The notes: generated by a model from the letters alone, not told the origin. Positions 21,036 to 32,394 are shown, counted from the whole stretch's first letter. The stretch is DNA of 53,898 nucleotides, filler included, from Catajapyx aquilonaris (GCA_000934665.2; 3 parts of 3 records of this genome joined end to end with filler, not necessarily neighbours in it); one strand, 5' to 3'. Translations and numbers: made by a program.

Positions 21036-23366
21036 ATGAGTTCTTCAACAGACACGGGCCCATTTGTAGAGCGCGTGTCCCGACGGCCATCTGGAGTGTC
21101 TGAAGTCCAAAATGGCGATTTTCTGTCCCGACTTCTGGCGGCCACACCACCATACCTGCATAACACGGCACTGCTGCCACCTGGCCTGGTGTTCTCAGAA
21201 ATGCTCAAGAGCCTAGTGGCTAAGCCATCACCATCGATCAGTCTGGTGTCCGAAGAAGAAGGTACCACCAGGCCATCCTCAACTACCACAACGACCAATC
21301 CCAGCAGCCCTGTCCCTACTACTGCTCCACAACCACCACCGCCGCCACCTCCACCACCAATGCCCCCTCAGCAAGTAGAGTTCTGGTTGCCCAAAACGGA
21401 GCCATCGGAACATCGGCACCGGAAGCGAAAGAGATGCTGGAGGGACACGGACGACAGCAAAGAGGGCACCAGTGGTATCTTCCTGCCCAAATGTAGCCCA
21501 CCTCCTAAAGAAGAGGCGAAGTTGCCCCTGGCCATCCCCGATGGGCCAATCTTGCCTCCGTTTCGCCCCCCGTTCGGGCCATTGCCGGAGCTACCCCCAC
21601 CTCCGCCCCGGGCCCCATTCGGACCTCTGTTTCCAAGGGTTCCTCCACCTGGAATGTGGTACCCTGCATTGTACCCTGGGTTCGGACCAGGAGGGCTGCC
21701 CCCTCTGCCCCCTTACGCTATTGACCCTCTACACTTCTTCATTGACCTGAGAGTGTCCGGACACATATGGGATAGGCAGCCATTGGATGAAGGAGGGTCA
21801 AAGGGCAAGACATCAGAGGCTGGAACAAGCAAGCTGCCCAAACTGGAGGGAATGAGGCTGCCACCGGTAGGGTTTGTGAATTTATTCATAATTTTAGTAG
21901 CCTAGTTAGCAACCTGTAATTAGCACGTACGTTGATCGCGATACCACAGCACGCACAGTTGTCACGAACACTATTAGGCGCAATAGTCTTACCGCGAATT
22001 CGTGCCGCGCGAAACCTTCGTTCGAAAATAAGTAGTTGTTTTCACTACAAGTTGGTCACTGCAGGTTTTCTACAGGGTTTCTAATCAACAAACTGCTTCA
22101 CAGCCGCTTTTGCTTGGCAACCGCGCGGATTTCTTGCCCGGATGACACAAACAGATGGATCTACTGCCTTTCCGTGTCTCCTTCTCGCTCCGTTTCCCCG
22201 CACACGAGCCCGCTCAGACTCTCGCGTCCCCGTCCGAGCGGAGGGAACGGCATGATCGACTCTGTTTTAACTGTGCGCGGTTCGTGCGCTCCTCGGCACG
22301 ACCTCGGCACGACGACGGCACGACGACGGCACGACGACGGCACGACGACGGCACGACGACGGTAGTGAAAACGCCGGGCGCAAACGGGGATTGTCCCTCC
22401 TTCAAGTTGTCCCTCCTCCAAGTCACTCGTGTGCGCCCGGCCTTACGTAAAGACTTGTTTTCACTGCCGACGTCGTGCCACGGAGCACACGAACCGGGGG
22501 GGCTCGTGTGCGGGGAAACGGAGCGAGCAGGAGACACGGAGAGCCATCTGTTTGTGTCATCCGCGCAAGAAATCCGCGCGGTTGCCAAGCAAAAGCGGCT
22601 GTGAAGCAGTTTGTTGATTAGAAACCCTGTAGAAAACCTGCAGTGACCTCCTGGTAGTGAAAACAACTAAGGTGAAGTGGGGTAAGTGAATACACGGGGT
22701 AAGTGCATACACGGGGCCGCCATATTGGAATGTAAATGGCCAAAACGCGTCAGGCACTCTTTTGTGTAGCTGCACATAACATCCCCCGCGTTTTGGTGTC
22801 GTCAGCCATTTTCATTCCAATGTGGCGGCCCCTTGTATGCACTTACCCCGTGTATGCACTTACCCCACTTCACCTTACTTATTTTCGAACGAAGGTTTCG
22901 CGCGGCACGAATTCGCGGCATGACGACGGCAGTGAAAACAAGGCTTAACGGAAATTCTACAATTTTGACCATCTCCAACCGACAGCACGACGGAGATGAC
23001 CCCCTACCAGGCAAGTCTTCCGCATTCTCAGTCCCAGAACCCCGCGGGACACGAATAAAGGTCAAAGATTCACCCGAGGCCTCCGGGTCAGTCACTCCTG
23101 AACCCATCAGTCCTCGTGGTACCCACTACATCATGCAGAACCTGAGTAAGATCTACAATGGACTTAAGCCTGGTCCTGTCGAGTCAGAGGTCAGCGACAA
23201 CAAAGAGCAAGAGGAGGGCAAGGAGAAGAGTAATTGTAAGGATCTTCCGGCTCTGATTGGCTTAGAGCTGGTGGTCGACTATGTGCAACAACATGAAGGA
23301 AAGAGGAAGACGGATGATAACCAGGGGTCATCCAGTGAGGGTCAGGTGGAGGAGGAGCAAACATGA
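21036..23366 (+). CDS. Uncharacterised Pro-rich, largely low-complexity protein; coding exons 21036-21866 and 22986-23366; about 403 aa (an upstream exon is possible)
   Basis: Acceptor TTTCAG at 21034 just before the ATG. Donor CCG|GTAGGG and acceptor CGACAG|CAC are both phase 0. Motif islands DFLSRLLAATPPYL, RHRKRKR, PLHFFIDLRVSGHIWDR, SAFSVP, IGLELVVDYV. AATAAA at about 23422. Confidence 0.75.
21986..22945. mobile_element. Outer palindromic MITE in the intron (left tip eroded)
   Basis: CCGCGAATTCGTGCCGCGCGAAACCTTCGTTCGAAAATAAGTA is mirrored at about 22876-22918, and the arm continues after the inner insertion (AAGGTGAAGTGGGGTAAGTG). Confidence 0.75.
22035..22667. mobile_element. Inner foldback MITE (~170 bp arms) with a 12-nt GGCACGACGACG tandem array
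   Basis: GTTGTTTTCACTAC...GTAGTGAAAACAAC termini with long complementary arms, flanked by TA. Confidence 0.85.
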
Positions 23367-23464
23367 CTGCATATCTGATTTTCTTTCATGGTTGTACAGT
23401 GTACTTGTTGTCTCGGTGTACAATAAATGGATCCTCTTCATCTTCAGAAACATTTTTGATAATT

Positions 23465-24293
23465 AAATAGTTGCAGCACTGCTGAATCGCCACGAAATGA
23501 TGGAAATTGGTGTATAACTCACGCTGTGGTTAAACATTCGGGAATTTGTGGCCTCTAAGTAGTCTGAAAGTGAGCTGGGTAGCCGGGACAAACATACAGC
23601 CAAAATTTGAGAAAGTTGTTCAAATTAAATACTTGCAGCACTGCTGAATGGCCACGAAATGATGGAAATTGGCACATAACTCATGCTATGATTAAATATT
23701 GGGGCATTTTTGACTTTTCAGTNAGAGAGCCCGAGCAAACATAGAATATTTCATATATATTTTTTTCAAATTAAATACTAACAATACTGCTGAATCAGTG
23801 GCGGGCAGTGATATGGGGGGGGGGGATCGGGGTGATCACTCCCCCCCCCCCTAGCTGAAGCAAGAAACAGAAAAATGGCCATGTCGCAATTGTATTTTAC
23901 TTGCTTTTATCCGATGCGCTTACAGAGTTTTAAAAAATTTTCGCCTGCGGCGGGCTTACTTGCTTGGGGAGGGGGGAGCGCGGCGACAAATCACCTCCCC
24001 CCCCAACAACGACGTCTAGATCCGCCACTGTGCTGAATCGCCACGTAATTATGGAAATTTGTACGTAACTCACTCAAAAAGTAAATGTTGGGGAATTTGC
24101 GAATCGCCACGGAATGATAGATTCGTACATAACTCACTGAATAATTGAATATTCGGGAATTTTCGAATTTTCGATAATATTATGGCGTCTGACAAATCAG
24201 TGTGCCTACTTTCAGATCTCTAAGTAATCTAGAAGTGTCTGGATAGCCCGGAAAAAACATACATTTCACTTTATATATTATAGTAAATAGAGA
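23465..24293. repeat. Degenerate tandem units (TGCTGAATCGCCACG.AATGATGGAAATT x4) ending in a Helentron/DINE-like tail
   Basis: Units at about 23480, 23642, 23788/24031 and 24100; ends ACATACATTTCACTTTATATATTATAG. Confidence 0.55.
23796..24030. mobile_element. hAT-type MITE with 8 bp TSD
   Basis: TGCTGAAT|CAGTGGCGG...CCGCCACTG|TGCTGAAT. Confidence 0.9.
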
Positions 24294-24465
24294 TTGATTT
24301 AGTTCAGTCAGGAGTTAATTAGCCCTCCTTCTGAATCTACAGGCGCACCTTGACCAACCAAACTTATTGTAGGAAGGAACACCCTAAGGGCCTAGACAGA
24401 GATGAAAAGAGATCCCCTTCCCGCCTCCTTCCTGCCATCTTGCCATTCTTCCCCATTGCCTTTCA

Positions 24466-24800
24466 ATGCAAGTCTTGCCTGAGGACAAGCAGCTAATGAA
24501 CCTCACCCTCCTTCAATCCAATGGCTTTCACCCCAGGATCTCAGAAAGATGGATCAAAAAACATATCGGATGCATCTTTGTAAGGTATATCATAGGTTCC
24601 AAGTTTTCTGCTGACGTTATAACCAAACAAGAAAATCCTATTGATCAACTACTGCGGAAAAAGGAGTCATGATTTAGTAGGACTCGTTTCCACAGCGAAA
24701 CACGACTGAAAAGGAAATGGTGGGCCAAAAGAAGAGTGTGGGTGGTGGATATTGGTGGAGACAGTTTCCTGTCTGGAGACTCATCCACAAAAGGATGGCT
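24466..24800 (+). mobile_element. Possible decayed Penelope-like element (RT thumb to GIY-YIG fragment)
   Basis: QLMNLTLLQSNGFHPRISERWI resembles the PLE motif ELxxLxxxLxxNGYPxxxI. Downstream ECG...(Y)IG/ET..CLETH resembles a frameshifted C-xx-YIGET of GIY-YIG. Highly degenerate. Confidence 0.4.
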
Positions 24801-25085
24801 ATTTTCTAAGGTTTGTGACAAATGGCAAAGATGTGGGGGACAAAAAAAGAAGGAGTTGTTTCACCCTAGGGAGTCTCACATCATTGGGCAATTCGGTGGT
24901 GATAAAATGTTGAAGAATTGCACAACGTTGCCCATTTTTTTTAAAGAAAAAAATATTATTCTGTACAAGCGAATTTTTAATTACATATAAGCATACATGG
25001 TTCACAATGTTGAAATAAAATTACAATAGTTGTATACAAGCACATGCAGTATTAACCTAAAATGTGCCTAAAATATTTTTTGTTT

Positions 25086-25398
25086 AATTTTTTGAGTTAT
25101 TTTTATGAGCTAACTCAATTTACGAATTTTTAAAAATTTATTTTTTGAGCTAACTCAATATATGAATTTTTAAAAATTTATTTCATGAGCTAACTCAATT
25201 TACGAATTTTTAAAAAATTATTTTATGAGCTAATTCAATTTACGAATTTAAAAAAAAATATTTTATGAGCTAACTCAATATATGAATTTTTAAAAATTTA
25301 TTTTATGAGCTAACTCAATTTATGATTTTTTTAAAATTTATTTTACGAGCTAACTCAATTTATGAATTTATTTTAATTTATTTTATGAACTAATTCAA
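25086..25398. repeat. AT-rich minisatellite, about 8 copies of a 39-40 bp unit
   Basis: TTTTATGAGCTAACTCAATTTACGAATTTTTAAAAATTTA repeated head to tail. Confidence 0.9.
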
Positions 25399-25571
25399 TA
25401 GCTAAAACTTTAACATCGGTACAGGTGTTCTATAGGTAGGACGATAAGCATAAGTATGTCTGAGCTAAGATAGCTGTGCCACTAAAACATTCATTATTGC
25501 AACATATGTATTCAACATATGTATTCAAATTGACGATTTTTTAAAGTAGGATAATTAATTATACATTGTGT

Positions 25572-27551
25572 TCATCTTAGGTAGTAATATGGTGGCTTCT
25601 TGGGTGCACAACATTTAGGCAAAAATTCAGCAAAAAATACCACAAGTGCAACGGTCAGTCCGAAAAGCCATATGTTAAACATACCAGACAGTTTGACCAC
25701 TGTCAAAATTGCAATATTACCATTCTCCTCACCTTCTTCTTTGGCTCTAATTTTCTTCAGATGCTTAAGAAAACTTATGTACTGTTCGTCTTTTATGATT
25801 TTCTCAACAAAATCAATTTCTCGAACCATTCTAATAAATTTCTTCAAAATTCGAGCCAATTGTGGGTTTCCATTGGGCACTGCAGCACCACTATAAGTCG
25901 GGTATTTTTTTTCGTCAGAAATTTTTAGAGTACTATGTCCTGCAAGGTTCTGGTAACGATATTTGGTACGTTCAACCAATATATTGACACCAGCACAGGC
26001 GACATCTTTTTGATACATTTTCCCTAAGCAGGCATCGAGATTTTCGACTAATTGAAACTTTTTCAGTATCTTCAGAGCATCTTCCTCCTGAGCCAGCTCG
26101 ATGTATTTTTTCATAAGAAGGTACGTAATCAATTCGCTCTCTACTTCCCAGTTACTTGCAGCTAACTCGGGCATATTTGTAGGTAGGATTTCTCTAGGTG
26201 GTGTAGTAAGAAAGTCGACCAATTTTGCTTTGTAACCACAGATTATGACAGTAGTGAATAGTGAGAAGAATAGTGCGAAATAGATGGATACAGTAGCACT
26301 TGAGAAGTCTATAGGTTGCTCTATTAAGTGTCTTAAGACAAACGCAATAGACTCAGAGATTGACATATAGTTTAAATCGTGAAGGCTATATTTAGTAAAT
26401 AAGTGAAGAGCAATGGCACAAATAGCTATACTTGCGATAAGTATCATCCAGAATGTCAGAGGATATGGCTTAAAGATCACAGCCCAGGTCACAACACCTT
26501 GAGGATGTCTGGTCACAAACGTGCCATACCCGAATACGTATGGCTGCAATAGGCACACAAACTGAACAGTTTCAGCAGTAAAGAGCAAGATAGGCGCTAC
26601 ATCAATATGGTTTCTGAACAGTTCACCAGTCAGACCCTCCCAAGATCCATTTGGATGCCTGAATTCAAAGTCATCACCTTTAACAGCCATGAAAATGAAA
26701 GTGAAATTAACATTAAGACATCTTTCTGCTACAATCGCAGTCCTCTGAAAAATATCCAGAAACATCTCTCCTTCCTTGTCCCGTATTTCCCTCGCCTTCT
26801 TCAGGTTAATGTCTAAGTAGAAACTAATAGTAATAGGTTTTCCATTCAATTGACTAGTTTTGTCCACAAACATTTGCTTCAGAACATGTATTCCAGCACC
26901 GTACGTTCCAATGTTCTCAACAGTGTCAATCCCTCCTTCAGCACAGTAGTAACAGATAGAGTCTAACACTAGTCGTTTAAAAACGTACATTGTGCTGACC
27001 TTTAGTCGGAATGAACTCACAGGTGTACTTGTGAGTGCGTGGTGTACCTCCTCATCGTCTTCTGTTGAAAAGTAGATCAAAACCCGGTCTTCTCCTAGGT
27101 CCATCTTTGCGATTGTGGCTGTGAAGATCACTAACTCTGCTAACGATGAGGTGTTCGCAGGTGTGAGAAGATGAAAGGTGCATGATGTGCCTGCCCACAA
27201 TCGAGACTTCATATCAGGTGGTAGGGTGCGAAAATCTAGAAGCTCCTTCTGATGTTTGAGCCATGGGTAGGTCTTGAATGAGTGTCCAAATTCTTTCATC
27301 TGAACTGACAATGATGGTAAGTACTTCTGTCCTTGCGCAATCAGAAGCTTTTGCATCGGAGATGTTCTAACTTCAATGTTGGATGACATCACTAGTGCGC
27401 ATTGTCGTAGATCATTCTTCTTGAGAACATCTTGAACCAAATGCGACAACAAGATATGATCTGGTGGATCTTCATGGAGAGTCATATGCTTACTGTCTCC
27501 AGTAGCAATCAGGATCAGGAACAACCAGAAGATATGTCTAGAGAACTCCAT
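25572..27551 (-). CDS. Divergent ionotropic receptor (IR), intronless, about 659 aa
   Basis: Signal peptide MEFSRHIFWLFLILIATGDS; S1 NGSWEGLTGELFRNHIDVAP; IFKPYPLTFW before M1; GYKAKLVDFLTTP after M3; M4 KLSGMFNIWLFGLTVALVVFFAE. Confidence 0.92.
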   Translation of the reverse strand: MEFSRHIFWLFLILIATGDSKHMTLHEDPPDHILLSHLVQDVLKKNDLRQCALVMSSNIEVRTSPMQKLLIAQGQKYLPSLSVQMKEFGHSFKTYPWLKHQKELLDFRTLPPDMKSRLWAGTSCTFHLLTPANTSSLAELVIFTATIAKMDLGEDRVLIYFSTEDDEEVHHALTSTPVSSFRLKVSTMYVFKRLVLDSICYYCAEGGIDTVENIGTYGAGIHVLKQMFVDKTSQLNGKPITISFYLDINLKKAREIRDKEGEMFLDIFQRTAIVAERCLNVNFTFIFMAVKGDDFEFRHPNGSWEGLTGELFRNHIDVAPILLFTAETVQFVCLLQPYVFGYGTFVTRHPQGVVTWAVIFKPYPLTFWMILIASIAICAIALHLFTKYSLHDLNYMSISESIAFVLRHLIEQPIDFSSATVSIYFALFFSLFTTVIICGYKAKLVDFLTTPPREILPTNMPELAASNWEVESELITYLLMKKYIELAQEEDALKILKKFQLVENLDACLGKMYQKDVACAGVNILVERTKYRYQNLAGHSTLKISDEKKYPTYSGAAVPNGNPQLARILKKFIRMVREIDFVEKIIKDEQYISFLKHLKKIRAKEEGEENGNIAILTVVKLSGMFNIWLFGLTVALVVFFAEFLPKCCAPKKPPYYYLR

Positions 27552-27655
27552 GTTAGACACTTAACTGTTTCACAATATCGACAATCACAATCAGTACATC
27601 TATGCACACTGTAGCTGTACACGCAGTGTTTCTCAATCGGATAGCAATCTCACCA

Positions 27656-27709
27656 TGGTAGACGACAACATGCGTCATACATGTGTATGACGCACGTTGT
27701 CGTCTACCA
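27656..27709. repeat. Near-perfect 54-nt palindrome between the two IR genes, within a probable hAT-MITE remnant
   Basis: TGGTAGACGACAACATGCGTCATACA TG TGTATGACGCACGTTGTCGTCTACCA (26 bp stem, 1 mismatch); hAT-like end CAGTGTTTCTCAA at 27624. Confidence 0.85.
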
Positions 27710-27779
27710 ATAAAAATCCGTTTCTACCACACAAGATTTGCTATTGGAAGCCGACTCTCACGGTCAAATTGTGCCACGT

Positions 27780-29753
27780 TTACCTCAGAAAAGGATATCG
27801 ATGTGTACGTTTACGCCTTCTGAAAGGTGCTAGTTCAACTATAAATGCACCTAAGGAAATGGCCAATCCAACCAACCAAATATTAAACATTCCAGACAAC
27901 TTCTTAACAGTCAACACCTCCTCCATTACAATATCTTCTTCAGAGGCTCGAATAGATTTCAAGTTATGCAATAGATTCATGTAAAGTTCATCTTTTAATA
28001 TTTTCTGGATTAAATCCATTTCTATGAACATGCGCACAATTTTGTTAAGAATGGGCATGTAAGCAGAACTTGCTTTTGATACAGCCGGTGCGCTGTATGA
28101 CGGAAATAGTTCGTCCTCACTGAATTGCACATTCAGAATTCCTGTAGAACTCATGAACTTATATACCTCACGACCCAACAACGTATTAATTCCTAAACAT
28201 ACTACATCCTTCTCATATGACTTATGGACACAATCATAAATACTACTTCCCATAGATGTCTTTGCAAACACTTTGTTTGTGTAAGTCATATTCGCGATAT
28301 CAAAGAACTTCTTGATTAGCAGAAAATTTAAGAAGTCACATTCAACCACCCAATCAGAATCAGCAAGTTCGAAAATGGTGGTGGGTACAAACTCTCTAGG
28401 AGGCCAGGTCAGAAAGGACACTAACTTAGCCTTGTATCCACAAACCACAACAATTGTGAAGAGCGAGAAGAAGAAAGCAAAGTAGATAGACATGTTGCTA
28501 CTTGAGAAGTCAATAGGTTGTTCTACAAAATGTCTTAGAACAAATGTGACCGATTCACCTATAGTCATATGACTTAAATCGCCAAGACTCAATTTGGTCA
28601 AGTAATGAATAGACATAGCACATACAGCAATACTCAATAAGAGGATCATCCAGAAGGAAAATGGATACGGTTTGAATATAACTCCCCAACTGACAACACC
28701 TTGAGGTAATCTACTCAAAAAATTACCATAACCGAACACATATGGTTGTGTAGTTAATATATAAGAGTATGTTTCATCAGAAAGAAATATTAATGGAGCT
28801 ATGTCAATCTTATTCTGAAGAAGAAACCCTGTCATTCCATCCCATGTACCATTGTCATATCTGAATTCTACGTCTGTTCCCTTCAGTTCCTTCAGGATGA
28901 ACTTAAATTTAACATTAATACCTTCCTCTGCTATAAGTGCAGTCCTATGAAAAACATCTAACGATATTTCGCCAACAGTCTTCTTCTTCCTTCTAGCTTC
29001 TTCAATATTTATTTCTAAGTAGAAACTTATGAGAAGTTCTTTTCCATTCCCATGCATCAACTGTCCAGGATAGATGTTGTCCACAGTAGTCCCATTCACA
29101 CTGAGTGTCCCCAGATGTTCTATCACATCAGCTCCTTCTGCACAAAAGTAACACACAGTGTCCAACATCAAGTTATTCTCAAATATGGTGGCAACCTTGC
29201 GTCTTAGTGAAGATGCAGGTGTTGTGGTCAACAGATGATGCAATTGTTGTTGATTGGTTGATTCAAAATGGAGCAAGAATAAGTCATTGACAGTGTCCAC
29301 TTTCACAACAGAGGCTGTGTGAACTACAAGTTCGGCAAATGATAAGGTGCTTTTAGGCATCATAAGGTGTAAGGTACAGGACAATCCGGACCATGATCGT
29401 GATCGCATATCTGGTGGGACAGTCCGAAAGTCCAACAAATCATCTTGGTGTTTCAGCCATGGGTAGTCACTAACAGAGTACTTAAAGTTTATCATCTTAA
29501 CAGACATTAACGGCAAGTACTTGCCTTGGTGGTCAATCAGAAGGTGCTGCACTGCTACATTGATCACTGGTATGTCCGACGATACAACCAGTCCACACAT
29601 TTGTGCATCATCTCTTCTGAATATATTACGAACAAGTTGGACCACTAATAGATACTCGGATGAGTCTATTTGCAGTGTAATATTGCTCACTTGATCTGCC
29701 GCAATATGCTGCAGGATCAGGACATACATGAACAAGTGTTTAAGTTCTTCCAT
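27780..29753 (-). CDS. Divergent ionotropic receptor (IR), intronless, about 657 aa, tandem paralog of the adjacent IR
   Basis: Shares YPWLKHQ..LLDFRT.PPDM.SR.W.G.SC, QPYVFGYG.F..R.PQGVV.W.VIFKPYP and EQPIDFSS with its neighbour; NGTWDGMTG in S1. Start chosen at MEELKH; an upstream in-frame Met is possible. Confidence 0.92.
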   Translation of the reverse strand: MEELKHLFMYVLILQHIAADQVSNITLQIDSSEYLLVVQLVRNIFRRDDAQMCGLVVSSDIPVINVAVQHLLIDHQGKYLPLMSVKMINFKYSVSDYPWLKHQDDLLDFRTVPPDMRSRSWSGLSCTLHLMMPKSTLSFAELVVHTASVVKVDTVNDLFLLHFESTNQQQLHHLLTTTPASSLRRKVATIFENNLMLDTVCYFCAEGADVIEHLGTLSVNGTTVDNIYPGQLMHGNGKELLISFYLEINIEEARRKKKTVGEISLDVFHRTALIAEEGINVKFKFILKELKGTDVEFRYDNGTWDGMTGFLLQNKIDIAPLIFLSDETYSYILTTQPYVFGYGNFLSRLPQGVVSWGVIFKPYPFSFWMILLLSIAVCAMSIHYLTKLSLGDLSHMTIGESVTFVLRHFVEQPIDFSSSNMSIYFAFFFSLFTIVVVCGYKAKLVSFLTWPPREFVPTTIFELADSDWVVECDFLNFLLIKKFFDIANMTYTNKVFAKTSMGSSIYDCVHKSYEKDVVCLGINTLLGREVYKFMSSTGILNVQFSEDELFPSYSAPAVSKASSAYMPILNKIVRMFIEMDLIQKILKDELYMNLLHNLKSIRASEEDIVMEEVLTVKKLSGMFNIWLVGLAISLGAFIVELAPFRRRKRTHRYPFLR

Positions 29754-30000
29754 GGTTATAGCCCAACTATTGTAAAACTCCAACACCATGCTGATCAGAA
29801 ATTCTATATTCAATTTATAGACCAGTAGCCTACAACGTACAAGGTGTCATTACACGTATGGAGCGATACACTGATAAGACCTGTACGAATTGCCCAATCT
29901 GAGGTCAATCTGTAGTTCGCTTAAATATTGACCCAACAATATTCTCAACATCGACGCACAATATTTTGTCACAATCTCCAGCCATGAGGAGCAAACATTC

Positions 30001-30493
30001 GATTTCCGCGTCTCTCTGTTTGGGGCGTTGCCAAGGCTGGCCGCCATATTGAAGTGGGGGCAACGCCAACGAGGTATAAATAGGGTACAGGCAAAATTAT
30101 GGTCCGCCATCTTTGATTCGCGCGCGTGTAGTTGCCATGGCCGCCAAAACCATCAAAGATGGCGGACCCTATTTTTGCCTGTACCCTCGTTGGCGTTTCC
30201 CCCACTTCAAAATGGCCGCCAGCCTTGGCAACGGCCCCAAACAGAGAGGCGCGGCCCTTTTGAAGTGGGGACAACGCCAACGAGGTATAAATAGGGTACA
30301 GGCAAAAATAGGGTCCGCCATCTTTGATGGTTTTGACGGGCATGGCAACTACATGGCAAGATCACGCGCGAATCAAAAATGGTGGACCATAATTTTGCCT
30401 GTACCCTATCATTTATACCTCGTTGGCGTTGCCCCCACTTCGAAATGGCCGCCAGCCTTGGCAACGGCCCCAAAACAGAGAGAGGCGGAAATC
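30001..30493. mobile_element. Foldback MITE built from nested palindromes (A-A'-A-A')
   Basis: GATTTCCGC.TCTCTCTGTTTGGGG ... CCCCAAAACAGAGAGAGGCGGAAATC termini. CAACGCCAACGAGGTATAAATAGGGTACAGGCAAAA occurs twice forward and twice reversed. Confidence 0.85.
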
Positions 30494-31076
30494 AATGGCG
30501 CTGACCGAAGTTTGCGCTGCTCCCTGCTCCAGCTTCCAAGATGGCATGTACACCTAAGGGAATCCATGGCAACAAAGGTCAGTAACAATGTATGTTTCCC
30601 TATCTTCCTCAAATCCGGGCAAACTCTGGGCTCTAGGGCATTGATTTGGGCAACTGTTACATTGAGGTGCTCCCATGTTCCTTTCTAGAAACAAGCTCTG
30701 GCTCGTGTCTGGTGGTCTCCCAGACGAATTTGCATGTCCATCGTGTTACTTCATTTTCTGGGTCCACTCCATGGGCCTTGTCTCATTTTTTTGGGAACTT
30801 TCTGGGCCCTCCCTCTTTACTAAAATGGTCGATAATAAAGGGAAGCTTGAGGGGGTTCTATGTTGGGGATTTTGGAGAATTAGGAGCAGATCATGTCAAG
30901 AGATACATATAAACCATACAGTGAATAGTGAAGGCCAGATTTATGCTGCAAAGATTATTTAAAATTATTTAAAATTATTAAAGTCGCCGTATCGACGGAC
31001 GAGCGCACCGCCATCTACCGGATATCGCACTAATTAATCACCAAATTCACTAAAAACCACTCCTGAGAGAATAATA

Positions 31077-31369
31077 ACCGAAGCAGTGGTAGCGGAGGGG
31101 ATATGGTATCCGACTGCTAATCGGGAGGTCCTGGGTTCGAAACCCGGTGGCCGCCGACCCTGACCGTGGTTATCTGTGGTATCCCATGGTCTCACCAGGA
31201 AAATTCCGGGGTCGTGTCCGTAATTACAGGCCACAGCCGCTTCCTTCCGTCCCTATCCCATCCCCATATACGAGAAGTAAAAAACGAAAGTAAGAGTTCC
31301 AGATTTTTTTAAAAATATGGTGGTATCCCACCCCCCTAAGAGGGCCCATGGCTCTAGCACGGGGTACAA

Positions 31370-31456
<87 letters not shown>

Positions 31457-31478
31457 GTTATTTAAATAATAATAATAA
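31077..31478 (+). mobile_element. tRNA-derived SINE with expanded (ATT)n tail
   Basis: Head nearly identical to the 18235 copy; 3' end CTAGCACGGGGTAC followed by (ATT)n at 31370-31463. Confidence 0.85.
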
Positions 31479-31534
31479 TAGGATACAGCTATAGAAAATT
31501 GTGAAACGAAAGCATACGCCATATATCCATCATC

Positions 31535-31672
31535 AATCACCGAGCGTGATTCGAGTAGACATTTTCGTCAATAAAATTCTAAGTGAACAACAACGGCATA
31601 GAATGTTGCCAAGGAACCCAAAGACACCGGCCTGTATCCAGAAAAAGTCTACTCGAATAACTCTCGGTGATT
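31535..31672. mobile_element. Small MITE, 26 bp TIRs
   Basis: AATCACCGAGCGTGATTCGAGTAGAC / GTCTACTCGAATAACTCTCGGTGATT. Confidence 0.7.
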
Positions 31673-31888
31673 TTCCAACTAAATCACACCATATTAGACA
31701 AATCATTGTATGTAATTTTATAGGACGTGCTAACTGATGAAAATCGTTTGTCCAACGAATAGTTCTCATGGGTATAATTTTGTCCTTTGATAATAACCAG
31801 GATTTGCTAGGAGTGATGGCTCCCTAGTGATGCCTGTCATCACTAAGATATCAGTGTCGTCTTAATACCGAATCCCTGGGCCGGCAAC

Positions 31889-32394
31889 TTGGCTGTGCGA
31901 TATCCGAAATTGCATATCGAATTTCGATACTCAAAAAATATCGAATCGAAGTCGATGTATCGAAAATCGAATATCCGACATCGAAAACTGACGTCGAAAA
32001 ATTGCGATATTCGATACATCGCACATGCCAAGCGTTGGATATCACGACTTCGATATTAGGAAAATATCGTATCGACAGTCGATGTATCGAAAATCGAAAA
32101 ACCGACATCGAAAAATGACATCGAAAAATATCGAAAACCGACATCGAAAAATCGCGATATTCGATACATCGCACATCCCAAGCGTTGGATATCACAACTT
32201 CGATATTAGGAAAATATCGTGTCGACAGTCGATGTATCGAAAATCGAAAAACCGACATCGAAAAATATCGAAAACCGACATCGAAAAATCGCGATATTCG
32301 ATACATCGCACATCCCAAGCGTTGGATATCACAACTTCGATATTAGGAAAATATCGTATCGACAGTCGATGTATCGATATATCGTACAGCCCTA
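31889..32394. mobile_element. hAT-type MITE with TCGA-rich ~140 bp internal tandem repeats and 8 bp TSD
   Basis: CCGGCAAC|TTGGCTGTGCGATAT...ATATCGTACAGCCCTA|CCGGCAAC; three copies of TCGATACATCGCACAT.CCAAGCGTTGGATATCAC. Confidence 0.85.

Noticed and set aside
22036..22985. Several 60-150 aa ORFs in the intron, and the first 51 codons of ORF 22833-23366
   Set aside because: They lie in palindromic MITEs; the real exon begins at the acceptor at 22986.
25086..25398. CRISPR-like array (also considered for 31889-32394 and 23465-24150)
   Set aside because: Head-to-tail repeats without unique spacers, no cas genes, and a eukaryotic context.
31253..31540. Poly-Asn, poly-Leu and poly-Ile ORFs (also 41688-41999 and 45126-45377)
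   Set aside because: Translations of (ATT)n retroposon tails.
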